The translations under genes were made by a program, and so were the position numbers. The notes under the pieces are model-generated. The model had not been told where the DNA came from. It saw only the letters and a list, made by a program, of their open reading frames with translations, and made no database searches. Positions 45,416 through 57,040 of a DNA stretch of 64,000 bases are shown piece after piece. How positions within the stretch are numbered: position 1 is the stretch's first letter; every line of letters begins with the position of its first letter. This DNA comes from Alloascoidea hylecoeti (lineage: Eukaryota), in NCBI GenBank assembly GCA_001600815.1, contig BCKZ01000002.1, positions 1,496,294-1,560,293 on the forward strand. The letters run 5' to 3'.

Positions 45416-47533
45416 TTAAAGAGAAACAGTCAACACGTCACTATAATCAGAAATCTTCTCAAAATCATAAACATATGCCACTCGAGCATAAAATCTATTT
45501 TCATCATTTAATCCCATGTTATTTGCCCAATTATTTAATGAGAAATTGGTATCTGCCCCTCTATAAACCTCAAAATCATTAATTAGTAAGCTATATCCAT
45601 GAATTGTATTCCATACGGTAGAGTGTTCTACACTTGTTATATTATGTTCGGGGTTAGATTTCCATTTTATTTGATTATCTTCATAACCAACAATTGATGG
45701 AACTATTCCATTACCACTTGGCCCACCTCTTTGTAAAGATGAAATAGTTTCAAAAATAGAATCCATACCCCAACGAGCAGACCCACTAATATATAAACCT
45801 AATAAAAGCCCCTGGAAAACAAATCCTGGTGTTGTTCTAAAGGCTGTTCCTGGTAATAATATCAATCCTGCTATATAATGATGTATCCTCAATGACATTG
45901 GAAATTCAGAGTCGATAATATTTGCAAAAATTGTAATCATTATAATGACTAGAATATAAAATGATAAATATTTTTTAAATTTACCAGCTTTCCAGATAAT
46001 TGTTGCTTGTAAAATGATACCAGCTGATAATACCAAAATCAATGTCAGCAAAGCAATCCAAGAACCTGCCTGAGCCTTTATATCTTTAACAGTCAACCGA
46101 TCAATAGGTGCATTATCTAAAGTGTAATTATTTAATATTCCAACCCAAAAGGGTCCCAACCAGAACACAGTTTTCGTTAAAGAAGCCTTATTATTATATA
46201 ATTGAGGTCGGGATATAAACCTCCAAATCACATAGAGAACAAACGAAGCAGGTAAAAAGCGTTTGAAGCCCAATGAAACTAATTCTGCATTCATTTCAAG
46301 AGAGCCTAATGATGTTATTGGAGGATCGGAGCATAATATGATAGTCCAGAACCCCATGATTGTTAGTACCCAATAAAAAATTCCTGCATTTACAGTAAAG
46401 TATGAAAACACTACTGAAGTGATTATTTGAACCCATATGATAAAGTTTCTATAATCATAACAATTACTAAACTTTATCTGATCTGTATTTGCAAAAATAT
46501 ATGAGAATGGGAAGTATGAGTCAAATCCAATCGAACTTATACCACCTTTCCCTTCACTTTCTTTAAATGAATCATAAGCCCCATTATATTGAATCCTACC
46601 GCACCCACCAAAATAGGTTGATATTATTCCACTATGAAGTCCTGCTCCACAAACATATGAATCACCTCTATAGACACCTTCGATTTTTGAAGCCGTTTCA
46701 GAAATGATATTCGCTCCGCCAATAACATAGGACCGATACATGACTTCTTGATTTCCAACGGTTTTCTCAGTAAATGTCCAACTTTCTCTCCAACATCTTG
46801 CGGGACATCTAAAATTCAATGTTTTATTTTCGAATGGTTTGCAACTTTCAGCATTTAAACCACATGCTTCATTGGACCCTTTCCATATTAACTCATTAGC
46901 TCCACATGATAGTAATAGGATATTTTCATATTCCTCTGTTTGTTGATTGTAGGCCTTTGGTTCCGCAAATGTTATGGTTTTAGTTAGCCTTAAGAATATG
47001 AATATCCAAATAGATACAACGACAAATGTAGATATAGTTAGTATCCGATTATATCGAGAGTTTTCGTATAGTTTCACGGGGAATAGCTGAACCTTCTCAA
47101 ATAACATCAATGGCTGATATTCTGTCATATTAATTGGATCCTTTGGTCCATTCCATAGTAATTTTAAAAACGTTGAAAATCGATGCTGCTTAGAGGGCTC
47201 AATAGAAGGAAACCCCAATTCAACCTCAGGTTCTCTATTACCTATATCACCTCCCACAGTCAAATAGTCGTCATAGCCATCCATAAAGTGAGCTGAATTT
47301 GATTCGTGTGATCTTATTGCGGTGGTTCCGGTGTGCTCTGTATCTTCTCCGTCACCGATCTCAGGATTAAGGTTTTCGTTATAAATGAACTGTGTGCTTT
47401 CCATACTTTGAGTTCCCGATAAACTCTCCAGACTCTCTAGCCGAATGCTGCTACCACTATCAACTACCTCCGGACTCAACAGATTGCTATCAATTTCTTG
47501 TTCATTTGGAAAAAGATGCCTTCCAGATGACAT
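45416..47533 (-). CDS. LCCL-domain multi-pass membrane protein
   Basis: CGLNAESC, FRCPARC, YRGDSYVCGAGLHSGII and LRIHHYIAGLILLPGT; first ATG at 47533. Confidence 0.88.
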   Translation of the reverse strand: MSSGRHLFPNEQEIDSNLLSPEVVDSGSSIRLESLESLSGTQSMESTQFIYNENLNPEIGDGEDTEHTGTTAIRSHESNSAHFMDGYDDYLTVGGDIGNREPEVELGFPSIEPSKQHRFSTFLKLLWNGPKDPINMTEYQPLMLFEKVQLFPVKLYENSRYNRILTISTFVVVSIWIFIFLRLTKTITFAEPKAYNQQTEEYENILLLSCGANELIWKGSNEACGLNAESCKPFENKTLNFRCPARCWRESWTFTEKTVGNQEVMYRSYVIGGANIISETASKIEGVYRGDSYVCGAGLHSGIISTYFGGCGRIQYNGAYDSFKESEGKGGISSIGFDSYFPFSYIFANTDQIKFSNCYDYRNFIIWVQIITSVVFSYFTVNAGIFYWVLTIMGFWTIILCSDPPITSLGSLEMNAELVSLGFKRFLPASFVLYVIWRFISRPQLYNNKASLTKTVFWLGPFWVGILNNYTLDNAPIDRLTVKDIKAQAGSWIALLTLILVLSAGIILQATIIWKAGKFKKYLSFYILVIIMITIFANIIDSEFPMSLRIHHYIAGLILLPGTAFRTTPGFVFQGLLLGLYISGSARWGMDSIFETISSLQRGGPSGNGIVPSIVGYEDNQIKWKSNPEHNITSVEHSTVWNTIHGYSLLINDFEVYRGADTNFSLNNWANNMGLNDENRFYARVAYVYDFEKISDYSDVLTVSL

Positions 47534-47919
47534 AGTTAGAAATATAGTGGTAAGGATCAATTAGAATTTCGAATTACATAATATCACAAATCTACCATCA
47601 CGTGATGATATACTTTTTCCCACAATTAAAAATCAATTTCTCAACTATTTCCATAGAAGCATCAGCTAATGGGTCTCCAGCGGGAATGAAAGGAATACCA
47701 ATTAACGAAGTGATCCTAAATGACCAAAATTCATCACTATTTTATTTTTTAAACGAAACGTATCATGAAATTTCCAATCAAAACTTCAAACTTCAAAATA
47801 CCTATTTCATTTAAATTTTGTGATGATGTGTCCCTGCAACTTTTGATTCTAATGCCTTTTCTATAAATTGACTCCCCTTCCTAGAACTCCAGTCTTGGTG
47901 TGATCTCTAATTACTTCTG

Positions 47920-48558
47920 TCACTTTGATCCCAACGTGGAATAACTTTTTGACGAGTTTGGGTATAGAATACCATCGACATTGATGGCTTTTATAAATGC
48001 TTTGTTAAGTGTACCTGGTCCGTGAAGTTGGACTTGCAATTTAATTTCGTCTTTAAGACCATTAATGAAACAGTCTATGAAAGCCTTTTCAGATATGAAG
48101 TTGTTCTCTAGCTTTGCTGTCAATTCTTGGAATTTGAGAACATATGCTCTGACGGAGTATCGTTATCTTAGATTGAGGAATTCACGGGATAGTTCCTCGT
48201 GATAATGTGGCGGATAAAACGTTGCTTTTAGCTCCTGTTCGAAATCTGCAAAGGCTCCAAAAGATCTAGCAATATAACAATTCAAAGCCCTACCTGAAAG
48301 AAAAAGGCCTGCATACCCAATTTTATCACTTTCTTGTTCCACTCTGCTTAGTCGGAATCGAAGTTCAATTCCATTGAGCCACGCTTCCATGTCTTCAGCT
48401 ACTCGGGACTCTTCAGAGGGTTTCAGTTCTGGGATCCTTAAAGTGAAACTGGGCATTCTTGGTGATTCTTCGCCGTTCATGGAATGCTGAGGTCCGAGGG
48501 AGCTGTCACTACTAATGTCGTCTTCTGGAGGAATACCAATTACTCCTGATCTAATCAT
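47920..48558 (-). pseudogene. Ty3/gypsy gag relic
   Basis: The two ORFs are one frame split by a single TAA: LSGRALN...FLNLR*RYSVRAYVLKFQEL...FINGLKDEIKLQV (Retrotrans_gag pattern; the stop sits at the conserved Q). No pol follows. Confidence 0.85.
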
Positions 48559-48583
48559 TCAAGGTGTTGTCTTCGAGTCTTAA

Positions 48584-48596
48584 CGCGCCGCTACCA
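48584..48596 (-). promoter_or_regulatory. Primer-binding site TGGTAGCG(GCGCG), tRNA-iMet type
   Basis: Lies 2 nt after ...TTTACA (LTR 3' end) and just before gag. Confidence 0.8.
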
Positions 48597-48598
48597 AA

Positions 48599-49073
48599 TG
48601 TAAAGTAACTGGCAGAATCAGTTACAATGGCTTATTAAGACGAAGCTGATATGTATTAGATCTCGTGAATTAAGTTATCTATTAAAGGAGGGACTTATCT
48701 TAGCTTTATATAAATAAATCCAAAATATATTTATAGAATAGTCAAAAGAAGTATTAAATGTAAAAAAGAACTAATAATGTCCTTTTCGAAGTTTCAAATG
48801 TAAACAAGAAATTTAAGAATATAATAAGGACTAATAATGCAATAATTTTTTTTTTTAACTTTTCATATATTTTCCAATTAAATTATATAACTAGAAACTA
48901 TGTAAATTCTGAGGAAATCTCTACTATATATAGTGAAGTAAAAACCTCTCTTTCTATTCTTCTTATTTTTGTGTATTCTTGACACTCTTCTTTCTTCCCT
49001 TCTTATGTATATATATGTTTTTTCTAGCTAAAGAACTCATAACCAAGAATAGTCAACAATGAGTTCCCCTACA
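48599..49073 (-). mobile_element. Probable 5' LTR of the gypsy relic, interrupted by a retroposon fragment
   Basis: Minus strand TGTAGGGGAAC...GTTACTTTACA (TG..CA, imperfect inverted ends); TATATAAA at about 48705-48712. The outer boundary is inferred because there is no second LTR. Confidence 0.55.
48846..49007 (-). mobile_element. Poly(A)-tailed 5'-truncated retroposon fragment, copy 2, upstream of tRNA-Phe
   Basis: By hand alignment, 9 substitutions and one 3-nt indel versus 9162-9317; same open frame ending DFLRIYIVSSYII*; 11-nt A tail. Confidence 0.7.
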
Positions 49074-49085
49074 CGGCTCATACCA

Positions 49086-49092
49086 GCGGACT

Positions 49093-49134
<42 letters not shown>

Positions 49135-49158
49135 TGTGTTCGATCCACAGAGTTCGCA
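49086..49158 (+). tRNA. tRNA-Phe (anticodon GAA), intronless
   Basis: GCGGACTTAGCTCAGTTGGGAGAGCGTCAGACTGAAGATCTGAAGGTCCTGTGTTCGATCCACAGAGTTCGCA; T5 terminator follows. Confidence 0.98.
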
Positions 49159-49602
49159 TACTTTTTGAAATAGGAGATTCTGTTTGTGTTTTTTAAAAAA
49201 ACTCCGTGGCGCGAACTAAAAAAAATAATAGATAATTTAAAATCAAATTGCCAAATTATGTATACGATGAGTCTAGCCATCTTCATTTTTACCTAGGTGA
49301 CGCTAATTAATTGTCATAATTATCAAATAATTCTCACCGTTTTATTTTCACAAAACATTGCAATTGTTAGCTATTACAGCAATTACGCACTGCTATATAA
49401 TATGTATCAATGAAGGAAAAAGTAGAAGTTAAAAAACTACAGTTTTACAATTTTTATGTTTTTTGTATTTATAGTATAATATCATCAAGCATTCATGTTC
49501 ATATATAAGGTTTTATATTTATATTTAATTGGTAGATAGATATTTTAAAATTGCAACTTCTAAATTTAAACAAGTGAGATATTTAATTGATTTTGAAACA
49601 AT

Positions 49603-50653
49603 CTAGTTACGAGAATTAATAATATCAATAAATTCAGGTTTTAATGAAGCACCACCAACCAAGAATCCATCAATATCAGCTTTATCTTTGAATGAAGTAG
49701 CATTCTTTCCATTAACAGAACCACCGTATAAAATTCTTGTACTATCTGCAACACCATCACCTAATTTTTCTTTAAGAAAAGCTCTAATATCAGCATGAGT
49801 TTGTTGAGCATCTTCAGGAGTTGCGGCCAAACCAGTGCCAATAGCCCAAACGGGTTCATAAGCAATAACAACATTAGACCAATCCTTAACGACGTCAATG
49901 ACAGCATTTAATTGTCTCTTGACAACTTCTAAAGTTTGACCTGCTTGTCTTTCATCATAGGTTTCACCAATACAGAGAATGACTTTAACACCATTATCTA
50001 AAGCGAATTTTGTCTTTGATGCAATAAATTCATCAGATTCCTTGATGATTGTACGACGTTCAGAATGACCAAGAATAACCCAATTGATACCGATATCTTT
50101 TAAAGAATCAACACTGATCTCACCAGTGTAAGCACCAGAGGATTTATCAAAGGAATTTTGAGCAGAAACATCAACGGTGCTAGCAGTTACTAAGCTCTTT
50201 GCATATGCAAGATATGGAGCAGGAGGAGAAATAACAACCTCAACGTTTGATGGTAATGGGGTTTCATTAAGACGAGTGACAATTGTCTTAATTGATTCTA
50301 AAGAACCATTCATTTTAAAATTTCCGCCAACGAAGAATTGTCTTGCCTATTAAATGATCGATAAGTTAGATCTCAACATCAACAAATAAATAAATGAAAG
50401 AAAGTTTTAAATAAAACATTTTTATTGGCTTTCAATGGAGTTAAACGATCGTCGATCCGTCCATTGAAAACGGATGAATTTAAAAAGTTGATCGAAAAGA
50501 GAGAATCAGATGATGTAATTCCCAACTAGCAAACAAGAACAAGAACAAGAACAAGAACAACCAAAACCACTCAATTATCCCACGACAATCGCTTTTCAGA
50601 ATGGCTACAGGAAGCATATGTTGATAGAAGCAATAAGACCAAGGACTTACCAT
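49603..50653 (-). CDS. TPI1: Triosephosphate isomerase, 2 exons (ATG only 50653-50651; 50346-49603)
   Basis: [36 protein letters not shown] and LVGGASL; 304-nt intron directly after the ATG. Confidence 0.97.
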
Positions 50654-51248
50654 TTTTAATAAGTAATATTGAAGATCTTGGTATAAAGGTGTAAGTGAGG
50701 AGTTTAGAAGAAATGGAGAGAGATCGGCTCTTAAATAGCGGAATCCATCACGTGGGTCCACTTACGCAACACCCAACAGCATCACCTTATGGTTTCCTGA
50801 AAAGCATTCTGTATGTCTCATGTATGGTGGTTTGGTAGTAACCATCTGCAAACGCTCATCCGGGGTTGGTTTGGCCCAACCGTCATATGATAATCCAAGT
50901 GAATATTCGCATCTGTCGAGTAAGGTTGCTTGGCATGCTGTGAGAGAAACTCAGACCGGGTAACAACAGGTCGCGTGCACAATTTGGTTAAAAACCTAAA
51001 GCTTTTTTTTATGTTATATTCTCACAGCTCCACAGCTATTTTGAGATTTCAGACACATCTTTTTCATTTCCCTAATACATGGAAATTTTCACAGTCCGCT
51101 GCTTCCTGTTTTTTCTCTTTATGATTCCAGAAGCCCGGCTATTTTCAAACATCCAAGATTTGTAAACTTCACTGTGCTCAACTCCCATTTTTATCCTAGT
51201 TTCACCTATATATAACCACATAGGTATATATTCCTAAACAGTTATCCA

Positions 51249-54200
51249 ATGGCCCCCCAGTCTGCTATTAAAATCTCTCCAAAAACTTCAAACATCAACA
51301 TGATTTTATCATCTCCTGATTCTGCCTCTCGTCGTAAAAGACCTCAATCTATGGAGTCTTTGCTTCCTGCAAAAAGATCAGCCAATAATGTGTCATGGTC
51401 ATCCTCAAAAGATGGTAACAATGGTCGTCAATCCTCCTCAGATCTCCCACCACCAACACATGAGAGAAAGAATTCTTCGAACGTTTACAACCCATCATCC
51501 TCATCCAATAATACGGCTGCTAATTCTTCTGGGTCTCACATTCAAAGGGCAGCTGGTCATCGACCAGTAACCTCATGTACTCACTGCAGGCAACATAAAA
51601 TTAAGTGTGATGCTTCTGATAATATGCCTCGGCCTTGTTCCCGGTGCCAGAAAATTGGTTTAAAATGTGAAATAGATCCTTCATTTAAACCTCAGAAGGG
51701 CGGTCAGATTCAAACCTTGAGGAATGATATCGAGGAACTTCGGGCTACAGTTCAAAATTTACAACGAAATGAACAGGTTTGGCTACAAAGAATTCATCAT
51801 TCTCAAAGTCCTGTAGGTTTTTCGGGTGCATCTCCTTCAAACTCAAATATTGAATCTTCACCTCGACTTGTATCAAATTCTCTTCAACCGACTATTTCTT
51901 CTCCTAATTCTTTAGCCGCAGTGAAACAAGAAGGAGATTCTAATATATATACTGCTAGTAATATATCTCAACATTCAAGATTCCCACTACTTTCGAATTC
52001 TAATGCTCAACAAACTATACCAGATGCAAAGATTGCTTCAATCGCTCCAGGTGCTCCCTTGACAAAACTAGTTTCCAGTACTTCTTACGCATCAATCACC
52101 ATAGCAGCAGATGATCCTCCTCTTAATGACCAACCTCATTTAACACTTTCACGGCATAGTACACTTACAAGCGGTCAAAGCCCAGACAATAATGCCGGTA
52201 ATGCTGAAACCCCCCATAGAAACGATAATACCAATGATTCTATACATAGTGAACAATTAGGTCCACATATTCAGGTTCCACAAACAGAATTTATACTTGG
52301 TGATGCCCGTTTATCACTTGAAAAAGCAAGACAACTTCATAAAAGATTTATTAATGATTATTTACCATATCTTCCTATTTTAGTGTCACATAGTCCAACT
52401 GAATTATATTCTCAATCACAATTACTTTTTTGGACAGTAATGTTAACCGCTTGTTTATCCGATCCAGATCCGACTCTTTATACATCATTAGCATCTTTAA
52501 TTAAACAATTGGCCATTGAGACATGTTGGATTCGTACCCCGCGCTCTACGCATATTGTTCAGGCATTGTTAATTTTAGGTACGTGGCCATTACCCAATCA
52601 AAAAGTTTTAGATGACTGTTCTTATAGATTCATCGGGTTAGCTAAAAATCTTGGTTTACAATTAGGCCTTCATCGGGGAAAATTTATTGATGAATTTTCA
52701 AGAACTCAAGTTTCATTGGATGATGCTGAAAAATGGAGGACGAGAACTTGGCATGCTGTATTTTTTTGTGATCAATTTTGGAGTGCGAATTTAGGTTTAC
52801 CCCACTCATTACAAACTGATTATTTAATTGAAAGAGCTCGGACTGATGGTGAATTACCACATTATTTTAGGTCTTTAATATCTCTTGCTGTTTTTCAATG
52901 TAAATTGACAAATGCTATTGGGTCTTCGGTTTCAAGTCCTGATGGATTGTTAAGTGCTTATGATAGAGCTGGATCTTTGGCAATTTTAGAACGACAATTA
53001 GATCGTTTAAAAATGCATTTGGACATGGATAATCGTAAGTAATATTTTATTTGCTTTGAAATTTTATTTTAATCAACTATATTAACAAAAATTATTATAA
53101 TTATAGCTTGTATTGAAATTTATTATTTATATGTGAAATTAATGGTATGCTGTTTCTCATTTCTCCCAGAAACACCTATCGAAGATCAAACGAAATATGT
53201 TGGACAAGCATATCAAGCAGGTACACGAATAGTTACATTAATGTCTCATCTTTCAGAAGATCGACAATTAATTGAATATCCTATTTATGTTCGACAATCT
53301 GTTTCCTATGCAGCTTTTGTTTTATTCAGATTACATTTAACTCCATATTTATTACCACAACAAGTAGAATCATGTCGTCAATCAATTGTTACAGTTCATC
53401 GACTTTTCAGAAATATGTTAACTGCATGGAAAGATGTTGAAAATGATATTAGCAGAACTGCAAAAGTTCTTGAGAAATTAAATTTTGTAATTGTTACATA
53501 TCCTGAACTTTTCACAAAAACAAGTTCAATTATTGAAAGAATGAGAAGTCATTTAGCTGGTTCATTATTTTATGAATTAGTTTATTGTGTACATGAAGCA
53601 AGAAGACGATATAATGAAGAAAATAAACCTGATGAAAATGGCAATATTTCTCATACTTTTAACCTTTCTGAAAGATTTAATAATAATAAATATCCAAATG
53701 ATATGATAACTTCAGTGAATCCACAATTGTTTAATCCTCTTCCTTTACCTTTTTATAATCAAATTTCAAAAGAGGATTTTACCGCCGAGTTAACAACAAC
53801 TCCAAATGGAACTACAATTACTTCGTTGGTTCCAACCACTGCGGCTATGTCTGCTGCTACTAAATCAGCTAATGCTGCTGGATTATCTGAACCTACACAA
53901 ATCAATGGTATCCCAATATCAATGTTGGAAGGTAGAGGTGTTGGTGGTGGTGCTGTTTATAGTCTTAAACGGCCTCAACCCGAAAACAATACCAATAACA
54001 GTAATTATAATAATAATACCAATGATAATAATACTAATAATAGTAATGATAATGTCAATACAAATGAAAATAATGAAGAAAATACAAATGGTCTTTTAGG
54101 AACCCTTGATCGACAAAAGAATATACTTCCTTCAGGTTTACAAACCCCAACATCAGGCGTTGCAATTGAAAACTGGGCACCACAAGTTCCTAATATTCAA

Positions 54201-54416
54201 GATGGTAGAAATAGTGTATTTAACGTGACTTCTAATGATTTTAGAACAACAGCAAATACTCCAGGAATCACACCAGGACAAACGCCGGGTTCTATGCTTG
54301 GTATACAAGGACAAGATTTCCAAAGCCATTTTGATTATCTTATGCAAGGAATTGATTTGATGGATGGTAAAGGTGATGATTTCCTTGGTTGGATGAACGT
54401 TTCACCTGAGTTTTAA
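51249..54416 (+). CDS. SEF1: Zn2Cys6 transcription factor Sef1, 2 exons (51249-53034, 53107-54416)
   Basis: GHRPVTSCTHCRQHKIKC cluster and ETCWIRTPRSTH; a 72-nt GTAAGT...TAG intron joins the two ORFs in frame. Confidence 0.92.
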
Positions 54417-55187
54417 AAGAAACTAAACTTATTTATTTATATATATACTTGATTTAAAGATATTTGATGGCTGATAAAATTAAATATTCAAAAGAATGAA
54501 AATGAAAAAAGATGATAAAAGTGTTTTTTTTTTTATCTTCTTTTCCAATAATAAAACAATTTTTATTAATTAATTTCATCATTTTTTAATGATGCTGTTC
54601 ATATTATTATTAATATTTGTATTTTTTAATTTTGTATTGATGGTATTTTAATTGATACTAGCTTACACTTTTTATTTATTATATTTGATGATATTGAGCT
54701 TATAACTGCTACTAGCAATTGTGTTAACCTTTTCAAAATTAAGCACATTTTGTTCAAAATATATTTTGTCTTTGATTTTTATTCTTGTGGAAACATATTT
54801 ATTTACTGATATTTAAAAAATTAAATATAGCTCTTTTAATGATATAACGTGTACACCATTGATATCTTATTAAATCATATATTGTCAATTTGGCATACTA
54901 TTATTCAGTGGACCGTATATTTATATTTCTTGTTCCTATATTACTTGTAGAGATTTTCGTGAAATCTTAGACTGATTATTCACCGTGGTCGACTCAGTGT
55001 TGGGGTATTTAAAACCATGTTAACGTTATCTATGCACCGGGAAAAGGAAAAATAGGAGTTACACCCTTGCGCATTTTAAAGAAAGTTTGTGCATTTTATT
55101 TATTTGATTTTCCTTTTTTTTGTTTGTTACTTCTCGGATTCCTCAAAATATACTACACTATCTCATTTACACGTAGATCATCAGAAA

Positions 55188-56688
55188 ATGGACTTCCAAC
55201 AGTTTGACACATCTGGCTATGACTACCGGGATCTCCCGGACCCTTCAAATAAGAATGCTACTATTAGTTTAAACGATCATGATAATGACGAGTCACAAAT
55301 AGTTGAAGAAACGAATATAAACATAAACGATGACCATTCGAAAAATGGTAACGATGATAATGGTACCTATAATGAATTTTCGATCAAAATGTCAATACCA
55401 CCTCTTTCGGAATTAACATCTTTATATACTGATCATTCCGATACCACTAATAATAGCGATATGATAAATTCAAACCCAGTAACAAACATAAAACCAACAT
55501 CAAAAAGGAAGTTCCGTTTTAAACCTGAATTTGATAAAATGTTTCTGTCAAAAATATTAGAATTAGAACCTTTTTCAGCACGGTATGGAGAAACCAATAA
55601 AATGTGGGAATATTTTTCAAATGAATTTTATAAAAGTTTAATTGAGGAATTTGAAAATAATAGCAATAATAATAGTAATGATAACCTGCAAAATATCGTT
55701 AAACCCTATTATAGATTATGTCAAGATCATTTTAATGAATTATTAAGCCAAGTTCATAGTCATAATGAAAAGAAATTAAATAATAGTAGTAATAATAATG
55801 GTAATATTATCAACTATAAAGGGAAAGGGTCAAAAAGTTCAAAGATGGAGCAATTATTTAACGACCCTGAGATCGTCCAATTAGTTGCACAGATTGATGA
55901 AGTTGTAAGTATAATAATTTAATCAACTTTTCAAAAAAAAAAAAAAAAAAAAATAAGTATAAAACTAATCTTTTTTTTAGAGGAAACAACGGAAAGTTGA
56001 ATCTGAAAGAGCTAAAGAAGAACAAAAGTCAAAATTTTCAAAATACTCAAATTCAAAATCGAAACCTGTTCAAATACCGAGTTATTTACTTCATACTCAA
56101 AGTCAAGCACAATTACAATCAAGTATTAATGTAACTGATTCTAATACTAATAGTATTATTAGTGATATTGCTTATCCAGTATCTAAAAAGCAAAAGTTAT
56201 ATGATCCTAATTTAAATATTCATAAAACAAATACAATACCATCCTCATTTCAAAATATCGATTTTGATACTAATTTAGTATCACCAAATATAAACTCATC
56301 ACCAAGTTTAAAAACTAATTCTATTAATAATGATTCTAGTATTATCAATAATAAAATCAATGATTTTATATCGCAACAAAATAATCCATCTCCGATCATT
56401 GTTGATAAACTAAATGAAATTCTAAAAAATCAAACAAGTTTATTAACCAATTTATCAAGGATAAATGATGAAATATTTGAAAAACAAAATGAAAAATTCA
56501 TCAAAACGATTAATATTATAACACAGAATTTTAACACAACTTTAAGGGAATTTAGTGAATTTCAAGAAGAACGATTACAGAGGCAAAGTGAGATTATAAA
56601 AGAATCGGTTTCTTTGATTATTGATAATAAATTAAAAGAATATAGTATAGAAAAACACAATATAGATCATGATGATTTTAGTCCTTAA
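55188..56688 (+). CDS. Myb/SANT-like (trihelix) domain protein with a coiled-coil C-terminus, 2 exons (55188-55904, 55981-56688)
   Basis: RFKPEFDKMFLSKILELEPFSARYGETNKMWEYFS...CQDHFNELL; intron GTAAGT...ACTAAT...TAG; exon 2 is open for 235 residues. Confidence 0.7.
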
Positions 56689-56951
56689 AATTTATAGGAC
56701 GTGCGTTAAAAGAAAAGAAAGTAAAAATGAAGATAGTTTATACTAAAGAAAGAAATGACGACAGTTTCGATCAAAACACCCATTGAATCAAAAATCTATT
56801 CATCATATTATTGGTTACATCTTAACTGGCCCGATGTGGACATTTAATAATAATTATTCTCCCCATTATTAAATTTATGATATATCATATGTTTCATATG
56901 AACTTAACACCAACATGTATATATTTATAATTATATGTTTATTTATTAATT

Positions 56952-56955
<4 letters not shown>

Positions 56956-56982
<27 letters not shown>
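56956..56982. repeat. (TA)n microsatellite
   Basis: About 13 TA units. Confidence 0.9.
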
Positions 56983-56986
<4 letters not shown>

Positions 56987-57040
56987 TAAAGATTCCAACT
57001 GCATTCCTTCTCTATACCAGATAAAGAATTGATTTTTACA

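Noticed and set aside
48160..48165. Programmed readthrough of the TAA in gag
   Set aside because: It sits at a conserved Gln position of a pol-less, decayed element; a CAA-to-TAA mutation is simpler.
51225..51240. ATATTCCTAAACA resembling the snR30 m1 motif
   Set aside because: No m2 motif or ACA box follows; it lies immediately before the SEF1 ATG.
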